From NCBI RefSeq assembly GCF_003918875.1, contig NW_025765436.1:496001-560000 (forward strand): a stretch of 64,000 bases of DNA, given 5' to 3'. Source of the DNA: Haliotis rubra. Taxonomy: Eukaryota. Positions within the stretch are counted from its first letter, which is position 1; the number at the start of each line of letters is the position of its first letter. A program made the position numbers and the translations under genes. Below the pieces are notes generated by a model, which saw only the letters and a list, made by a program, of their open reading frames with translations, searched no databases and was not told where the DNA came from. Below are positions 38,485-51,693 of the stretch, piece by piece.

Positions 38485-39186
38485 GTGTGATAGTCTCTCT
38501 CCCTTCCATTTTCACCACACTCACAGTAAGTAATCTTCAGCCTCTTCCAAACAAATGTGTAGATGTCATTTATTAAAATCAGCCGACTAATTATATTACC
38601 TCCCTTTGCTGGCTCCACATTCTCACAGTAGCCAATCAGCTAAGCTGCCGTTACATCCGGTCTTGCCAGTGTCGACAAAGATAGCGGTCTCAGTTGCGAA
38701 GGTTTGTTCGCAGTGCCACTCCTACAGAGTCAATCCTACAGACAAATTGACAGATCTGAAACTTACAAAAAATATATGAAAGAACTCCTTCTACCTCTTT
38801 CAGAGTACCTCTGCATCAATTGTGTTGCCAAGTTTAAACGGTTAGATAATTTAAGAAGCGAAAGTGAGTTGTGATTGGTTCGCTCAACTTCCCAGCGTAG
38901 ACACCTGATTGGGTAAAAAGCCAGCCAAGGGAGTTAATAAATCATAGGGCTAAGCCGTGGATGCATCCAGGGTATAGTGGAGAGTGATCGTAACGTATAC
39001 CCAGGAGATTATTGAGGATGATGAAAGGATAGCAAGGTCAATAATATCTAGAGATACAGTGTTATTTGTTAACACACAGTTAATTTATTGTTGTTAATTT
39101 AATGTTTTATACATTGTAAAGGTCATGACCAGAGTATGAAGAAACCATACATTGCTCAATTTTCAACTTATAGGATACTAAGATTA

Positions 39187-39518
39187 GGGACCGTACATAA
39201 GTTATGGATTTGGGGATGGGGGTGTTGTTGATGATGATTTTGAAGGGGGGGTCACCCATTTTGTTCTTGGGAGGTAGGAGGGGTCATCAACTCTGTAAAC
39301 ATGTACTAGGGGGGTCAGCAGTCTTGTACATAAAATAAATAAAAAAATTATGCTTAAAATTATGGGAAGGGGGTGGGGGTAATTGGTTTTGTACATGACA
39401 TGCAAGGGGGGGGACTTACTTTGTTCATATTTTTTTTTAGGGGGAGGTCATTCACGTTGTACATGCTTCTCCATAAAAATCATCACCACTCCCCCAGCCA
39501 TAAATTATGAATAGTCCC
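39187..39518. mobile_element. PIF/Harbinger-type MITE
   Basis: GGGACCGTACATAA...TTATGAATAGTCCC; internal match to the 22212 and 51694 copies. Confidence 0.75.
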
Positions 39519-40569
39519 TTGTATAACTAGGAGAGGACTTGGTTATTCAGAACCCAGAATTGTTTCTTTGTTGTTTACAGGTTTATATTTACTGTAAAAG
39601 TGTTACTACACAGCTTGTTTGTTCATGCAGAATACTGCTCACTGTCATCTCCAATAGGTGTTCATGTCAACAAATCCCTGTGAGTATGGGTTTGGTGTCC
39701 GGTATGTCCAAGTCATTTCTAAACATTTGTCAACAGTGACAAATGATATTGCCAGAACAAGATTGCCTGAAGAGAAGGCCTGATTTAGCAGACAAGTTGT
39801 ATCAGTACAAAACTTGGATTTGATCATTCCAACTATATTTGCATGTGTCTGTGAAGAGAATTACTTTCATTGTATATGACGTAACCATACACACAGTTTA
39901 AGTGTACCGGTATGTATGTTCCCTTCTGGCAGATAAGCTTGAATATACATGTTCCAAGTTCAGTTCATCATTTAGTTAATCTTCAATGATACCCTATTAT
40001 GTTTTAGTTGAGTTGCATGTCATTTATCAGAAGACCAAGGGAAAAGGCTGCAATGCATCAAATGCAGTGCTAAAAGTTCTTGGAGTTGAATACCAAGTTT
40101 TGGCACTTGAGAGTATCAGATAATTAATTGTGGTATATAATATGAGGCTATCTTTCATTGGTCAGCTCTTTGTATTAGCAGCTGGACAGCAGATATAACC
40201 AGACAGTCTAACACAGTATTTAAACAGGAATTTGTTTTATGTGTGTTTGCTTAATTAAATTGTTCTTATTTACCTCTGTTGACCATGGTAAGGGCCAGAT
40301 AGTTTCCAGCAAGACTAAAGTGCCTCTCCTGCAAACAATATAACTACAAATGTATACAATGTGTGTGAAGGATTATTGTTTGTATTGGATCTTGACTGGC
40401 TCCTCAAATTGTTGTTAACTGATGATCCAACCTATATAAATCCTCAGTCCAGTTAACAGACAGGTCAGCAAGAGCCATATTCACATTCCTATCTTCATAT
40501 ACAGTATGCATCAACTGGATCACCTACATATTGAATTTGTGTAAGAGCCAATCTGTTTGTTTGTTGTTT

Positions 40570-41020
40570 ATGCTTGTTGTAAGAGGCGACTAACAGGATC
40601 GGGTGGTCAGGCTCGCTGGCATGGTTGACACATGCCATTGTATCCCATTTGTGTAGATCGATGCTCATGATGTTGATCATTGGATTGTCTGGTCCAGACT
40701 CACTTATTTACAGACCACCGCCATATAGCTGGAATATTGCTGAGTGCTTCCTTAAACAACAAACAATCAATCAAACCATCCCACATTTTGATTCAGTCAA
40801 GTTTCACATATCCTGTGACAGTAACTATGTATTCATCAGTCATTACATTCTGCAGGAGTTCAACAGTCTGGGTTGGTGAGGAAGCCCTATGGTTGAAGCA
40901 TTTGCTGAAAGTCTGGGTTTGATTCCTCACATGGTAATAATGAGTGAAGCCCACTTCTGGTGTTGCCTGCTGTGATATAGCTGGAATATTTTCTAAAGTC
41001 GGTGTAAAACCCATACTCAC
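40570..41020 (+). mobile_element. SINE family B (40570-40770) followed by a decayed family A copy (40873-41020)
   Basis: ATGCTTGTTGTAAGAGGCGACTAA core with (AAAC) tail; diverged family A body. Confidence 0.75.
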
Positions 41021-41364
41021 GTTCGCGTTCAGTCACACTCCAATATGTCATTGTTTCCATTGGATGTTATGGGTCAGGGTTATATATGTACCTGGTGAGA
41101 TTGTTGGAACGTTTTGCTCTCAAAACAGGTCAAGTGCTGTCAGGAAATAAATGTATGATTTTTTACTTCCTGAATATATTCTGAAAAATGTGATTTTATC
41201 CGTTACACGTGCATGGCGCTTTTCACCAATGTCATGCATGTAAGCAAGTAATAAACAGAACAAAAATGATGTTATTTCTGTGTTTGTTTTAGCGGGGAGA
41301 CTATATAACGACTGTAGATTATCCCTGGTTTTAGTTTCACATCAAGTAAATTGTCGGTGGAAAT

Positions 41365-41883
41365 TATAGTCTGTTTGCAGTGAAAACGTACGGATAAATT
41401 TCACTCTAAACAAAAAGGTAAATCGAATAAAGTGAAATTAAGATTGCGAATCCTCATAATTTTACCTTGCCAATTGAACATTCAAATCTCAGAATTTTAT
41501 TCAACTTAGGATTAAAGTTGTTTAACAAATGATCATAGTTTCAAATCGCTGTTATTGGTTTGTATTACAATGGGGTATGCACTTTAAATGAAACATCGAG
41601 AACAAGTAGTGTTGGTTTAAGTTAACGCTCATCACGTACCGCACGTGGATTTGTTTCACTGTTCCATCTACTGCGCTGACCCCCTTGTAATACAAACCAA
41701 TAATAGCGATTGGAATCTATGATCGTTTGTTAAACAACTTTTATCATACGTTGAAAAAATTTCTGAGATTTAAATGTTCATTTGGCAAGGTAAACTTATG
41801 AGGATTCGCAATCTTAATTTCACTTAACTTGATTTACTTTTTTGTGAAATTCATCGGTACGTTTTCACTGCAAATAGGTTATA
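41365..41883. mobile_element. Foldback MITE with about 200-bp imperfect TIRs
   Basis: TATAGTCTGTTTGCAGTGAAAACGTAC..GTGAAATTAAGATTGCGAATCCTCATAA..TTGGTTTGTATTACAA mirrored at about 41680-41883. Confidence 0.85.
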
Positions 41884-42487
41884 GGGTGAGCATAAAGTGC
41901 AGATACATCATATTTTCGGACTGTCTTAACTAAATACACTGAACAACAACAACATTTGGGGGAGGGGCTATTTCTTGCAGTAAAAACTTGGCACCTGGAA
42001 CGCTGGTATCCACACACATGGTTTTTGCCACGACTTGCAGAAAACGTCCACTCAGTGATTATGCTGCAGGTGGGAATGGCGCAAAATGATGTTACCAGAC
42101 ATTTCAATGTTCCTCTGAACACACCAGCATCTCTTACACGCCATCTATGACAGGGCCACACTCATGGCTGGCCACGTGACCATATACAGTTGGTCAGAAT
42201 CGATACCAAACTGCCATATTAACAGCTCGGACAGTTCCTGGGTTGAGACTGATTTGTGGCATAACCAGAATGTTTGTGGAAGCACAACACGTCCCACCTC
42301 TAGCAATGTCCCACCAATGGCCCTTCAAGGTAACAGGCCTAGCTTGATGTAGATCTGTAGTTCAAGGGAAAAGACTAGGGCTGTTAACTGTTCCCAGATT
42401 AGGCCAGGTTTCGTCTGGACAACCCAGATGGTCGTGCAAGGTTTCAAGGGTCCACGGATGTTCAGGACAACGTTCAAGCAACACTTA
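41884..42487 (+). pseudogene. Highly decayed Tc1-like transposase remnant; further copies at 45140-45720 and 48472-48850
   Basis: MLQVGMAQNDVTRHFNV (Tc1 HTH-like) and TTCCCAGATTAGGCCAGGTTTCGTCTGGACAACCCAGATGGTCGT (FSDESRF.L...DGR-like). Confidence 0.55.
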
Positions 42488-43500
42488 CAGTACAACCAGA
42501 AATTATTGAGAATTTAAAGATTGTAATTTTTATCACTCATTACTCACGTATTAATGTGAATATTCGCAGAACATAACTCCAGATTCAAAGACAGGTGAAC
42601 AGTTAGTATTTTGTCAAGTCACCATGGGCAGCAATGCAGGCTTCAGTGCGGCGGGGCATACCATTGATCAAAGAAGTTAGAAAGTTGTGGTCCATGCTGT
42701 CCCAATATCATTCATTTCAGCAATATTTGTCAGATTTTCTTATTGACACTTTCCTTCATAAGTCCCCAGACATTTTTTACTGGATTTAGGTTCAGGGCTA
42801 TAGCTTGGGCAATCTAATAATGTCATATGTTGGGTCCGAAACCAGGCCTGTGAATGCTTTGAACGATGTTTTGGGTCGTTGTCCTGCTGGAAAATCAAAA
42901 AAATTCTATAGAACACGTGAGCAGATGGAAGTAAATGTCCCTCGAGAATATCTGTGTACCGCTCACTGTTCATATTCCCTTCAAATACACAGAGGAGAGT
43001 TGCCCCTAACACAGATATGCCACCCCACACATTAAATTTCGGACTGATACAATGGTTTTTCAGTTTGTTTGGTCCAGATTTCCATGTATTAGGAAACAGC
43101 CACATAGAACTTTCATCTGAGAAAATCACATTGTCCCAGTTAAAATTTCTATGCTGTAAGCACCAGTTCAACCTTTGCTCCTTTTGTTCAGGTTTCATGA
43201 TCGGTGATGGAATTCCTCGACTTTTCTGCCAACCCATTGCATGCAGCTCAGTATGAATAGTCTCCTTACAGACAGTCACAGTTCCTCTGTCAGTCATATC
43301 CAGCCTTAAGTTTTCTAAACTCCTTCGTTTGTTTTTAGAAACAAGAATACCCAGCCGCCTCCTGTCACCGACAGTGATCAATTTTCTGGGCCTACCTGCG
43401 CCTCCCTGGTGTTCAATGCCATATCCATTTGCCCAATATTTTTCAAAACACGATAAACAGTGGACAAAGGGATGCCTGTTCTACTTGGAATTAGGAAATA
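42488..43500 (-). mobile_element. Tc1-family transposon, one end truncated, frameshifted transposase (main ORF 42740-43381)
   Basis: TA|CAGTACAACC terminus; GIPLSTVYRVLK and GRPRK upstream; RLNWCLQH..WDNVIFSDESS, VWGGIS, FQQDNDPKH, PSYSP (frameshift at the SPDLNP motif). Confidence 0.9.
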
Positions 43501-46500
43501 GGCCTGTTTACTATCGTAGGTGTTAGTAATAAAGTGAGAGCCCTGAACTATTATAATTAAAGCACGAGGACGGTAGTCCGAGTGATTTGATGTTATAATA
43601 GTTCAGGGCAAAACTATACTTTATTACAAACACATTGGGGTAGAACGAACTTTACATCTTTTCTAAGATGCCAAATTTAATACTTTCTAAGGATAATTAC
43701 GATTAATTTAAGGCAGAAAACAAATGACGGTGTCGGTGACCTAAATTAAGAATCCTCGCACAGGGCTAACTGGTGCGCTGTTCTATTGATGTGTCTGCCC
43801 CCCTACGTTAAGACGAACGTTACCAGAAAAACAAATGATAACAGTTTGATGACGGTTTACGTTCGGATTAAATATCTTCTCTGAATTATTTTAATTACAT
43901 CTGTCATTAACGTAAACCATATGGGGCAATATGAACGTCGCATTTCTACTACCAACGTAAGTTTAGATCAGTACATCCTGATGAAGCTGAGTAGTCAAGC
44001 GACATTCCACGATTGCATTGTGGGAAAGTAAACATTGCGAACGTTACCGTGTCGCTGAAAACTTGTGAGTCGAATTGACACATTTTAACCGTCGTAAAAC
44101 ATAAACGTAATGTTTCCACCAGTGATGTTAGCTGCGTGAAGCAACTGCAAACCAAGAAACGAGATGCAACGGAGTAGTTTACTGTAGGAGGCCGTACGAG
44201 GCGATGACAACTGACATGCATCGTGACGTCGCTTACATTGTGACGTAATGTAAAATAATTCGATTACGAGGGGGCACACTAGAATGGCGCAGTGACGGGA
44301 GAACGTCATTCAATTGTTACGTCATCAAAAAACTATACCTTTATTGTCTCATAATTATTTTTTTCAATTGTTCTAACTGCTAGGCATCTAAGAAATCACG
44401 TTAGCTGATCTGACGTCCTTGTTATAATACTCTAAAATCAACTTCCTCTTCTCTAAATCATCCATAATGAGGTTCACTGAAAATGTCGTCTGCTAGCAAG
44501 TAAACAAAGGGGGATAACTCTTCACAAACTAATGAAAAAGGATTGACGGAGTTGTCTCTCTTGAATGAAACCACGAACTTAATAGCTGGTCAAGGTTGTT
44601 TATACTAGAAATGTTGGGTTTTGTAAATATATTCTCATTTTTTGTGTATAACATTCGCAATCAATGAGTTTTGTCTGCGACGGCAACATATCTATATCGC
44701 AGTTAAATTTCTGTCAACGCTAAATAATGACTTTTAAGTATCGAACTGAGAAGAGTGACTCGATACCAAGAAGAACGTGTAGTGAAATAGACAAATGAAA
44801 TTATATAAACAGTTAATTTACTGTCATAACATATAAAAGCTGGCGCCTGTGAGATATCAACAAAACATTAGGAAGTATAAAGCTCCGCACCAAAGCCTTC
44901 ACACCGAAAAGTCGGGGAAAAATTTGAAAAGTCTGGGAAAATTAGTGAAACGTTTGAACTCCGATTTCGGTTTTTTCATCGCGTTATTTTCAACTTTATA
45001 AGTTGAATTTGCATTTTGATGATTTGTTTCAGTAAGTCCATGCCGAAGGTATCAGAATCTAACAGAAGTTATTGTTTTACGTTACGCACGTGACCTTTAA
45101 AGAAATTCAATTTGTCTCTCACTGCAAACAGGTTATTATAGGTGAGTATAAAGTGCAGATACACTCATATTTTCGGACTGTCTGAACTAAACTCGAACAA
45201 CAACAACATTTGGGAGGGCTTACTTCTTTGCAGGAAAACTTGCACCTGGAACGCTGGTATCCACACACACATGGTTTACCGACTTGCAGAAAACGTCCAC
45301 TCAGTGATTATGTCGCGCGGAATGGCGCTTAAACGATGCACGGTGACAGTGCCTGTTCCTCGAACACACTAGCATCTCTACACGCCATCTATGACAGGGC
45401 TACACTCATGGTTGGCCACGGACCATATACAGTTGGTCAGAATCCATACCAAACTGCCATATTAACAGCCCGGACAGTTCCTGGGTTGAGACTGGTGGCA
45501 TAACCAGAATGTCGGTGGAGACAACACCACGTCCCACCTCCCAGCAATGTCCCAAATTCAATGGCCCCTTCAAGGTAACAGGCATAGCTTGATGTAGATC
45601 TGTAGTTCAGGAGAAAAGACAAGGGCTGTTAACTGTTCCCAGATTAGGCCAGGTTTCTGGTCATTCGACAACCCAGATGGTTCTGCCTCCGGCGTCCTAA
45701 GACGTTCAGGACAACGTCTTGTCACCGCCGTCCGCAGACAACTGTTCGCATCCCGCTTCCATGATTTTCCGTGCTAAAGATCGCTGTTCCAGCATTTAGG
45801 CAAATGTATAGATGTAAATTCAATTTGCAGCAAGATTATGGACCTCCTGGGTTGGTATTACATGTTGAAACATTATAGTGTATAAAGAAAACTTTATGGA
45901 TGATAACTTCTTGTCTATTGCAGAGAGCGATTTTGATGTGGACTTACATCGTTATCAATCGACATCGAAAGGTCACCTTCGATGATGCAATAAATAAAAC
46001 GTTGTCATCCATAAAGTTGTATGTTGTAATTGCTGACTCCGCCAACTTCTAGGAATGCCGGATCAAACAATATCAGTGCTGCACTGCATGGTCGGCTGTC
46101 TGCACCTGACCCTTTCAGTGCTGAACATAGTCCGAGTCCGGGATGAAATGGTGGACGCCTCTAATAGGAACAGAAACCTGCCGGTTAACGCTAGCCTAGT
46201 TTAGAATATCTCGTCGCCGTACATTTGGAACACCCTCTTGGCTGTTACATGGTGTCTTCCTATGCCCTCCTGCAGTATCGACATGCTGTGGGTCAAACCC
46301 GGTATTGACATTACGTTAATTGGGTTGTTATATTTAGTACCACAGGGACTTGTCCCGCAAACATCTCACATCAATTAAGGTATATATACTGTCACTGACG
46401 GAGTGTTACTAAGACCTATCAATGATAGTTTTGCGTTACAAGCCCCTGGAAGCAACGCCCATTTCTTACATCTTGTCGGTTAGTCTCCTGTCAGTGCAGT

Positions 46501-47795
46501 TAAGCACCACATGATGATATTGGTGATAATTGAGGAGGCAAGTCAAAGCTTAGGTCAGTCTGTGTATCTACATGTACACGTATGGCATATTTTAACCTTA
46601 TAATCCATTAAGATACATAAAGACACGTTCAATGGTATTGCCTTAGTGGGTTTTTTCAGAAACAGTTAACATATTTTATTTAGCTGCATCATCATCTCAA
46701 AGGTAGGATTAACTTAATCACCGCACCTTCTCTCATGTCAAATTATCAATCAAAGTTTCTTTTCTCAAAACCACCCACGGTGGTACAAAAGAATACAAAT
46801 ATACATATATTACATAAACAGACAAGAATGGTGATATTTCAGTAACATATGCCACTTTGGCTGTTTACAATAGTCACCAAAGTGACAGCAAATATCATCT
46901 TCAACGCCTTTAGTAATCTACTCTTCAACTAAAGCGGTTTAGTACCAATACTGTGGACATCTAAACATTTATTGATATTCAAGTGAATTTTAAGAAACGT
47001 TAACCTCTGTTCCGACGAAGGTTCTACATTCATATTGCTTTATCTGATAGGGTTAACATTGTGATATGTCCTTGCTCTGGCAATTTATTCATATGAAAAT
47101 ATGGGATAGTCTGCAGTTCCGTAACATAATCGTACACAGAGACACGGTTGCTGCCGTTGTTTCTAGACGTGTTACACTAATAAAAATAATTACTATTCAT
47201 CATAATAACGAAATACATACTCAGAATGTAAGACAACCGTGCCGTTGTATACATAGCAACTTCAGCCCTACTCAGTGAAAGTCTTCACCAATGCGTTAAG
47301 ATCGCTTCCTACAACGGCACCTAGTTATTTTGTAGAGTGTATTGAGTGAGTGAGTTTAGTTTTACGCTGCACTCAGCAATATTCCAGCCATATATGGCGG
47401 CGAGCCTGACCACCCGATCCCGTTACAGTCGCTATAGAGTGTATTAACCGGAAGAGGTACACGACGGGTTGTCGACATGAAAGTTCTTCCGCTAACTTCA
47501 TTCTCTCTTCGCAAAAAATCGGATCACACTTTTCACCTACTAGTAAGTGAGTTACACAAAAGCCAGATTAAGTGATAGAACAAATATTGTTTAACCGAAT
47601 ATTTTATCATGTTTCAGAAATATCACTTAAAATGTCGTTAAAGGGTTGCTGACCAATAAAAATATTTATAAGATCAAGTGTCAGGTATTTAAATAAATAC
47701 CATTCCTCGGTCCAAAACAAATTATATTCCTAAGCGACCATGCAGCAATATATAGTCTGAATGCTTATAGTACTGCATCATCAGTTCGGCGATGA

Positions 47796-47960
47796 GGAGT
47801 GAGTGAGTGAGTATGGTTTTATGCCGCTTTAGCAATATTCCAGCAATATCACGATGAGGGACACCAGAAATGGGCTTCACACATTGTGAGGGAAATCGAA
47901 CATTGGTGGTCTTCAGCGTGACGAGGGAACGCTTTAACCCCCTAAGCTACCCCACCGCCC
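47796..47960 (-). mobile_element. SINE family A (duplicated at 50972-51132)
   Basis: Match to family A inside each duplication unit. Confidence 0.8.
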
Positions 47961-49849
47961 GTTGGATCAGCTGGTCTAATGGTAAAATGTAGAGGACATC
48001 TAAGCGTAAATATGTTTTATACATAACCATTATCTTGTCACTTATATTTAGTTTAAGTGTTTCTAACGAAAAACCAATTCATAAACTGTGTTGAAAAATG
48101 TGTTACAGTGATGAAATGGAGACCCTGAATAGTCTGCGGCGCTTATTGCACGGCGTTCCAACGGTGCAAACGAACTCTGTAAGGGAGGCAACCGCATGTG
48201 GCTATAGTCTGTCCTACAGTCCCTGAACTGCATTATATTTCCAACCACTCAGCCCTTCTACAGTGCAGCAAGCCCTAAATGAAGCAAGTCTTTATTTCCC
48301 ACAGGTTCAGTCAAATTCTACCGCTAGGGCTCCCTTTGGCTTACCAGGACTTGTTTGTTCTTTATCAAAATTATATATATATATATATATTCAGGGTTCA
48401 AGCGACGGTCTGGTATGTGGCCTGAATATGCTAATGCTCACCGGGTTTTAATTTTGCGATATCGTGTCTATGTTCCTCGGAACACACTAGCATCTCTTAC
48501 ACGCCATCTATGACAGGGCCACACTCATGGCTGGCCACGTGACCATATACAGTTGGTCAGAATCCATACCAAACTGCCATATTAACAGCTCGGACAGTTC
48601 CTGGGTTGAGACTGATTTGTGGCATAACCAGAATGTTTGTGGGAGCACAACACGTCCCACCTCCAGCAATGTCCCACCAATGGCCCTTCAAGGTAACAGG
48701 CATAGCTTGATGTAGATCTGTAGTTCAGGAGAAAAGACTAGGGCTGTTAACTGTTCCCAGATTAGGCCAGGTTTCGTCTGGACAACCCAGATGGTCGTGC
48801 AAGGTTTCAAGGGTCCACGGATGTTCAGGACAACGTTCAAGCAACACTTAAGTTAAACAAAGTCACCAGCCCCAGGATGGAATTGTATGGTTTTGAGTTG
48901 GCATCTCAGTTTCGTTGTTTATGGCAACTTGCATAGCTTCTGAGACGTTTCAGTTAAAGATCATGTTCCAGCATTTAGGCAAATGCATAGATGTAAATTC
49001 AATTTGCAGCAAGATTATGACCTCCTTGGGGTTGTACATGTTGAAACATTATAGTGCATAAAGAAAACTTTATGGATGATAACTTCTTGTTCATTGCAGA
49101 GAGCGACGTTTCGATGTAGATTCTTACATCGTTATCAATCGACATCGAAAGGTCACTCGATGATGCAATAAATAAAACGTTGTCATCCATAAAGTTGTAT
49201 GTTGCATTGCTGACTCGCCAACTTCTAGAATGCCGATCAAACAATAACAGTGCTGCACTGCATGGTCGGCTGTATCTGCACCTCCGACCCTTTCAGTGCC
49301 GAACATAGTCCGAGTCCGGGATGAAATGGGTGGACGCCTACAATAGGAACAGAACCAGCCGGTTAACGCTAGCTCAGTTTAGAATATCTGCCGTTGACAT
49401 TTGGAACACCCTCTTGGCTGTTACATGGTGTCTTCCATGCCTCTCCTGCAGTATCGACACATATGTTGGTCAAACCCGGTATTGACATGTTAATTGGGTT
49501 GTTATATTTAGTACCACAGGGACTTGAACCGCAAACATCTCACATCAATTAAGGTATATACTGTCACTGACGGAGTGTTACTAAGACCCCATCAATGACA
49601 GTTTTTTGCGTTACAAGCCCCTGAAGTTAGAACGCCCATTTCTTACATCTTGTCGGTTAGTCTCCTGTCAGTGCAGTTACACCACATGATGATATTGGTG
49701 ATACTGAGAGGCAAGTTTCAAAGCTGAGGTTGGTCTGTGTATCTACATGTACACGTATGGCATATTTTGAACCTTATAATCCATTAAGATACATAAAGAC
49801 ACGTTCAATGGTATTGTTTGGGGTGGGTTTTTTCAGAAACAGTTAACAT

Positions 49850-50400
49850 ATTTATTTAGTTGTGCAGATTATCATCTCAAAGGTAGGATTAACTTAATCA
49901 CTGCACCTTCTCTCATGTCAAATTATCAATCAAAGTTTCTTTCTCAAAAACCACCCACGGTGGTACAAAAGAATACAAATATACATATATTACATAAACA
50001 GACAAGAATGGTGATATCAGTAACATAGGCCATTTTGGCCGTTTACAATAGTCACCAAAGTGACAGCAAATATCATCTTTCAACGCCTTTTAGTACCTAC
50101 TAACTAAAGTAGTTTAGTACCAACACTGTGGACATCTAAACATTTATTGATATTCAAGTGAATTTTAAGAAACGCAAAGTGTTAACCTCTGTTCCGGCGG
50201 AAGGTTCTGCCATCTATACGTTTCTATTCGGATAGGTTGACATTGTGATATGTTCCGTTTCGGCAATTTATTCATAAGGAAAATATGGGACAGTCTGCAG
50301 TTCCGTGTAACATAATCGTACACAGAGACACGGTTGCTGCCGTTTCTAGACGTTACACTAATAAAATAATTACTATTCATCATAATAAAGAAATACATAC
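49850..50400 (-). mobile_element. Decayed non-LTR retrotransposon 3' fragment (duplicate at about 46700-47230)
   Basis: ISQCQPIRIETYRWQNLPPEQRL resembles the LINE ORF2 C-terminal R.S.H.L.IETGRW...P...R.C motif. Confidence 0.5.
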
Positions 50401-51693
50401 TAGAATGTAAGACAAATGTGCCGTTGTATACATAGCAACTTCAGCCCTACCAGTGCAGAAAGTCTTTCACCAATGCGTTAAGATCGCTTCCTACAACGGC
50501 ACCCAGTTATTTTGTAGAGTGTATTGAGTGAGTGAGTTTAGTTTTACGCCGCACTCAGCAATATTCCAGCCATATGGCGGCGAGCCTGACCACCCGATCC
50601 CGTTAGTCGCTATAGAGTGTATTGAACTGAAGAGGTACACGTGACGGGTTGTCGACATGAAAGTTCTCTTTCCGTTAACTTCATTCTCTCTTCGCAAAAA
50701 ATCGACTCACACTTTTCACTCAATAGTAAGTGAGTTACACAAAAGCCAGATTAAGTGATAGAACAAATATTGTTTAACCGAATATTTTATCATGTTTCAG
50801 AAATATCACTTAAAATGTCGTTAAAGGGTTGCTGACCAATAAAAATATTTATAAGATCAAGTGTCAGGTATTTAAATAAATACATTTTGCCCTCGGTCCA
50901 AAATTATATTCCACGGCGACCATGCAGCCGTATATAGTATGATTTCTTATAGTACTGCATCAGTTGGGCCATGAGTGAGTGAGTGAGTATGGTTTTATGC
51001 CGCTTTTAGCAATATTCCAGCAATATCACGATGAGGGACACCAGAAATGGGCTTCACACATTGTGAGGAAATCGAACACAGGTCTTCGGCGTGACGAGGG
51101 AACGCTTTAACCCCTAGGCTACCCCACCGCCCGTTGGACCAGGCGGGTCTAATGGTAAATGTAGAGGACATTCATGTAAATATGTTTTACACATAACCAT
51201 TATCTTGTCACTTATATTTAGTTATGTTTCTAACGAAAAACTCAATTCATAAACTGTGTTGAAAATGTGTTACAGTGATGAAATGGAGACCCTGAATAGT
51301 CTACGGCGCTTATTGCACGGCGTTCCAACGGTGTAAACGAACTCTGTAAGGGAGGCAACCGCATGTGGCTATAGTCTGTCTCACAGTCCCTGAACCGCAT
51401 TATATTTCCACCCACTCAGCCCTTTCTACAGTGCAAAAGCCCTAAATGAAGCAAGTCTTTATTTCCACAGGTTCAGTCACCCTTATCGCTAGGGCCTCCC
51501 TTTAAGTTTAACAGGACTTGTTTGTTTCTATCAAAATTATATATATATATATTCAGGGTCTCAGCGACGGTCTGGTATGTGGCCTGAATATGCTAATACC
51601 ATCAGTTTTAATTTTGCGATATCTTGTCTATCAAATCATTGTGCAAAGAATGTAATCGCATAGTAGACTGCAGTTGTTTTTAACATGGAATTA

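Larger units (their letters stand above)
35170..39020. mobile_element. 3.85-kb TIR element with 9-bp TSD (Mutator-like signature), no transposase seen, carrying retroelement cargo
   Basis: 73-bp TIRs at 35170-35242 and 38948-39020 (4 mismatches; CATCCTCRATAATCTCC..), flanked by exact ATGAAAGGA at 35161-35169 and 39021-39029. Confidence 0.9.
45354..51630. repeat. Tandem duplication of an about 3.1-kb unit (45354-48470, 48471-51630)
   Basis: Colinear throughout: both units start TGTTCCTCG(G)AACACACTAGCATCTC, end TTTTGCGATATC.TGTCTA and contain the same SINEs; differences are largely 1-3-nt indels. Confidence 0.92.

Noticed and set aside
43975-44015. CTGATGA followed by a hairpin (hammerhead candidate)
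   Set aside because: GACA instead of GAAA and no stem I partner.
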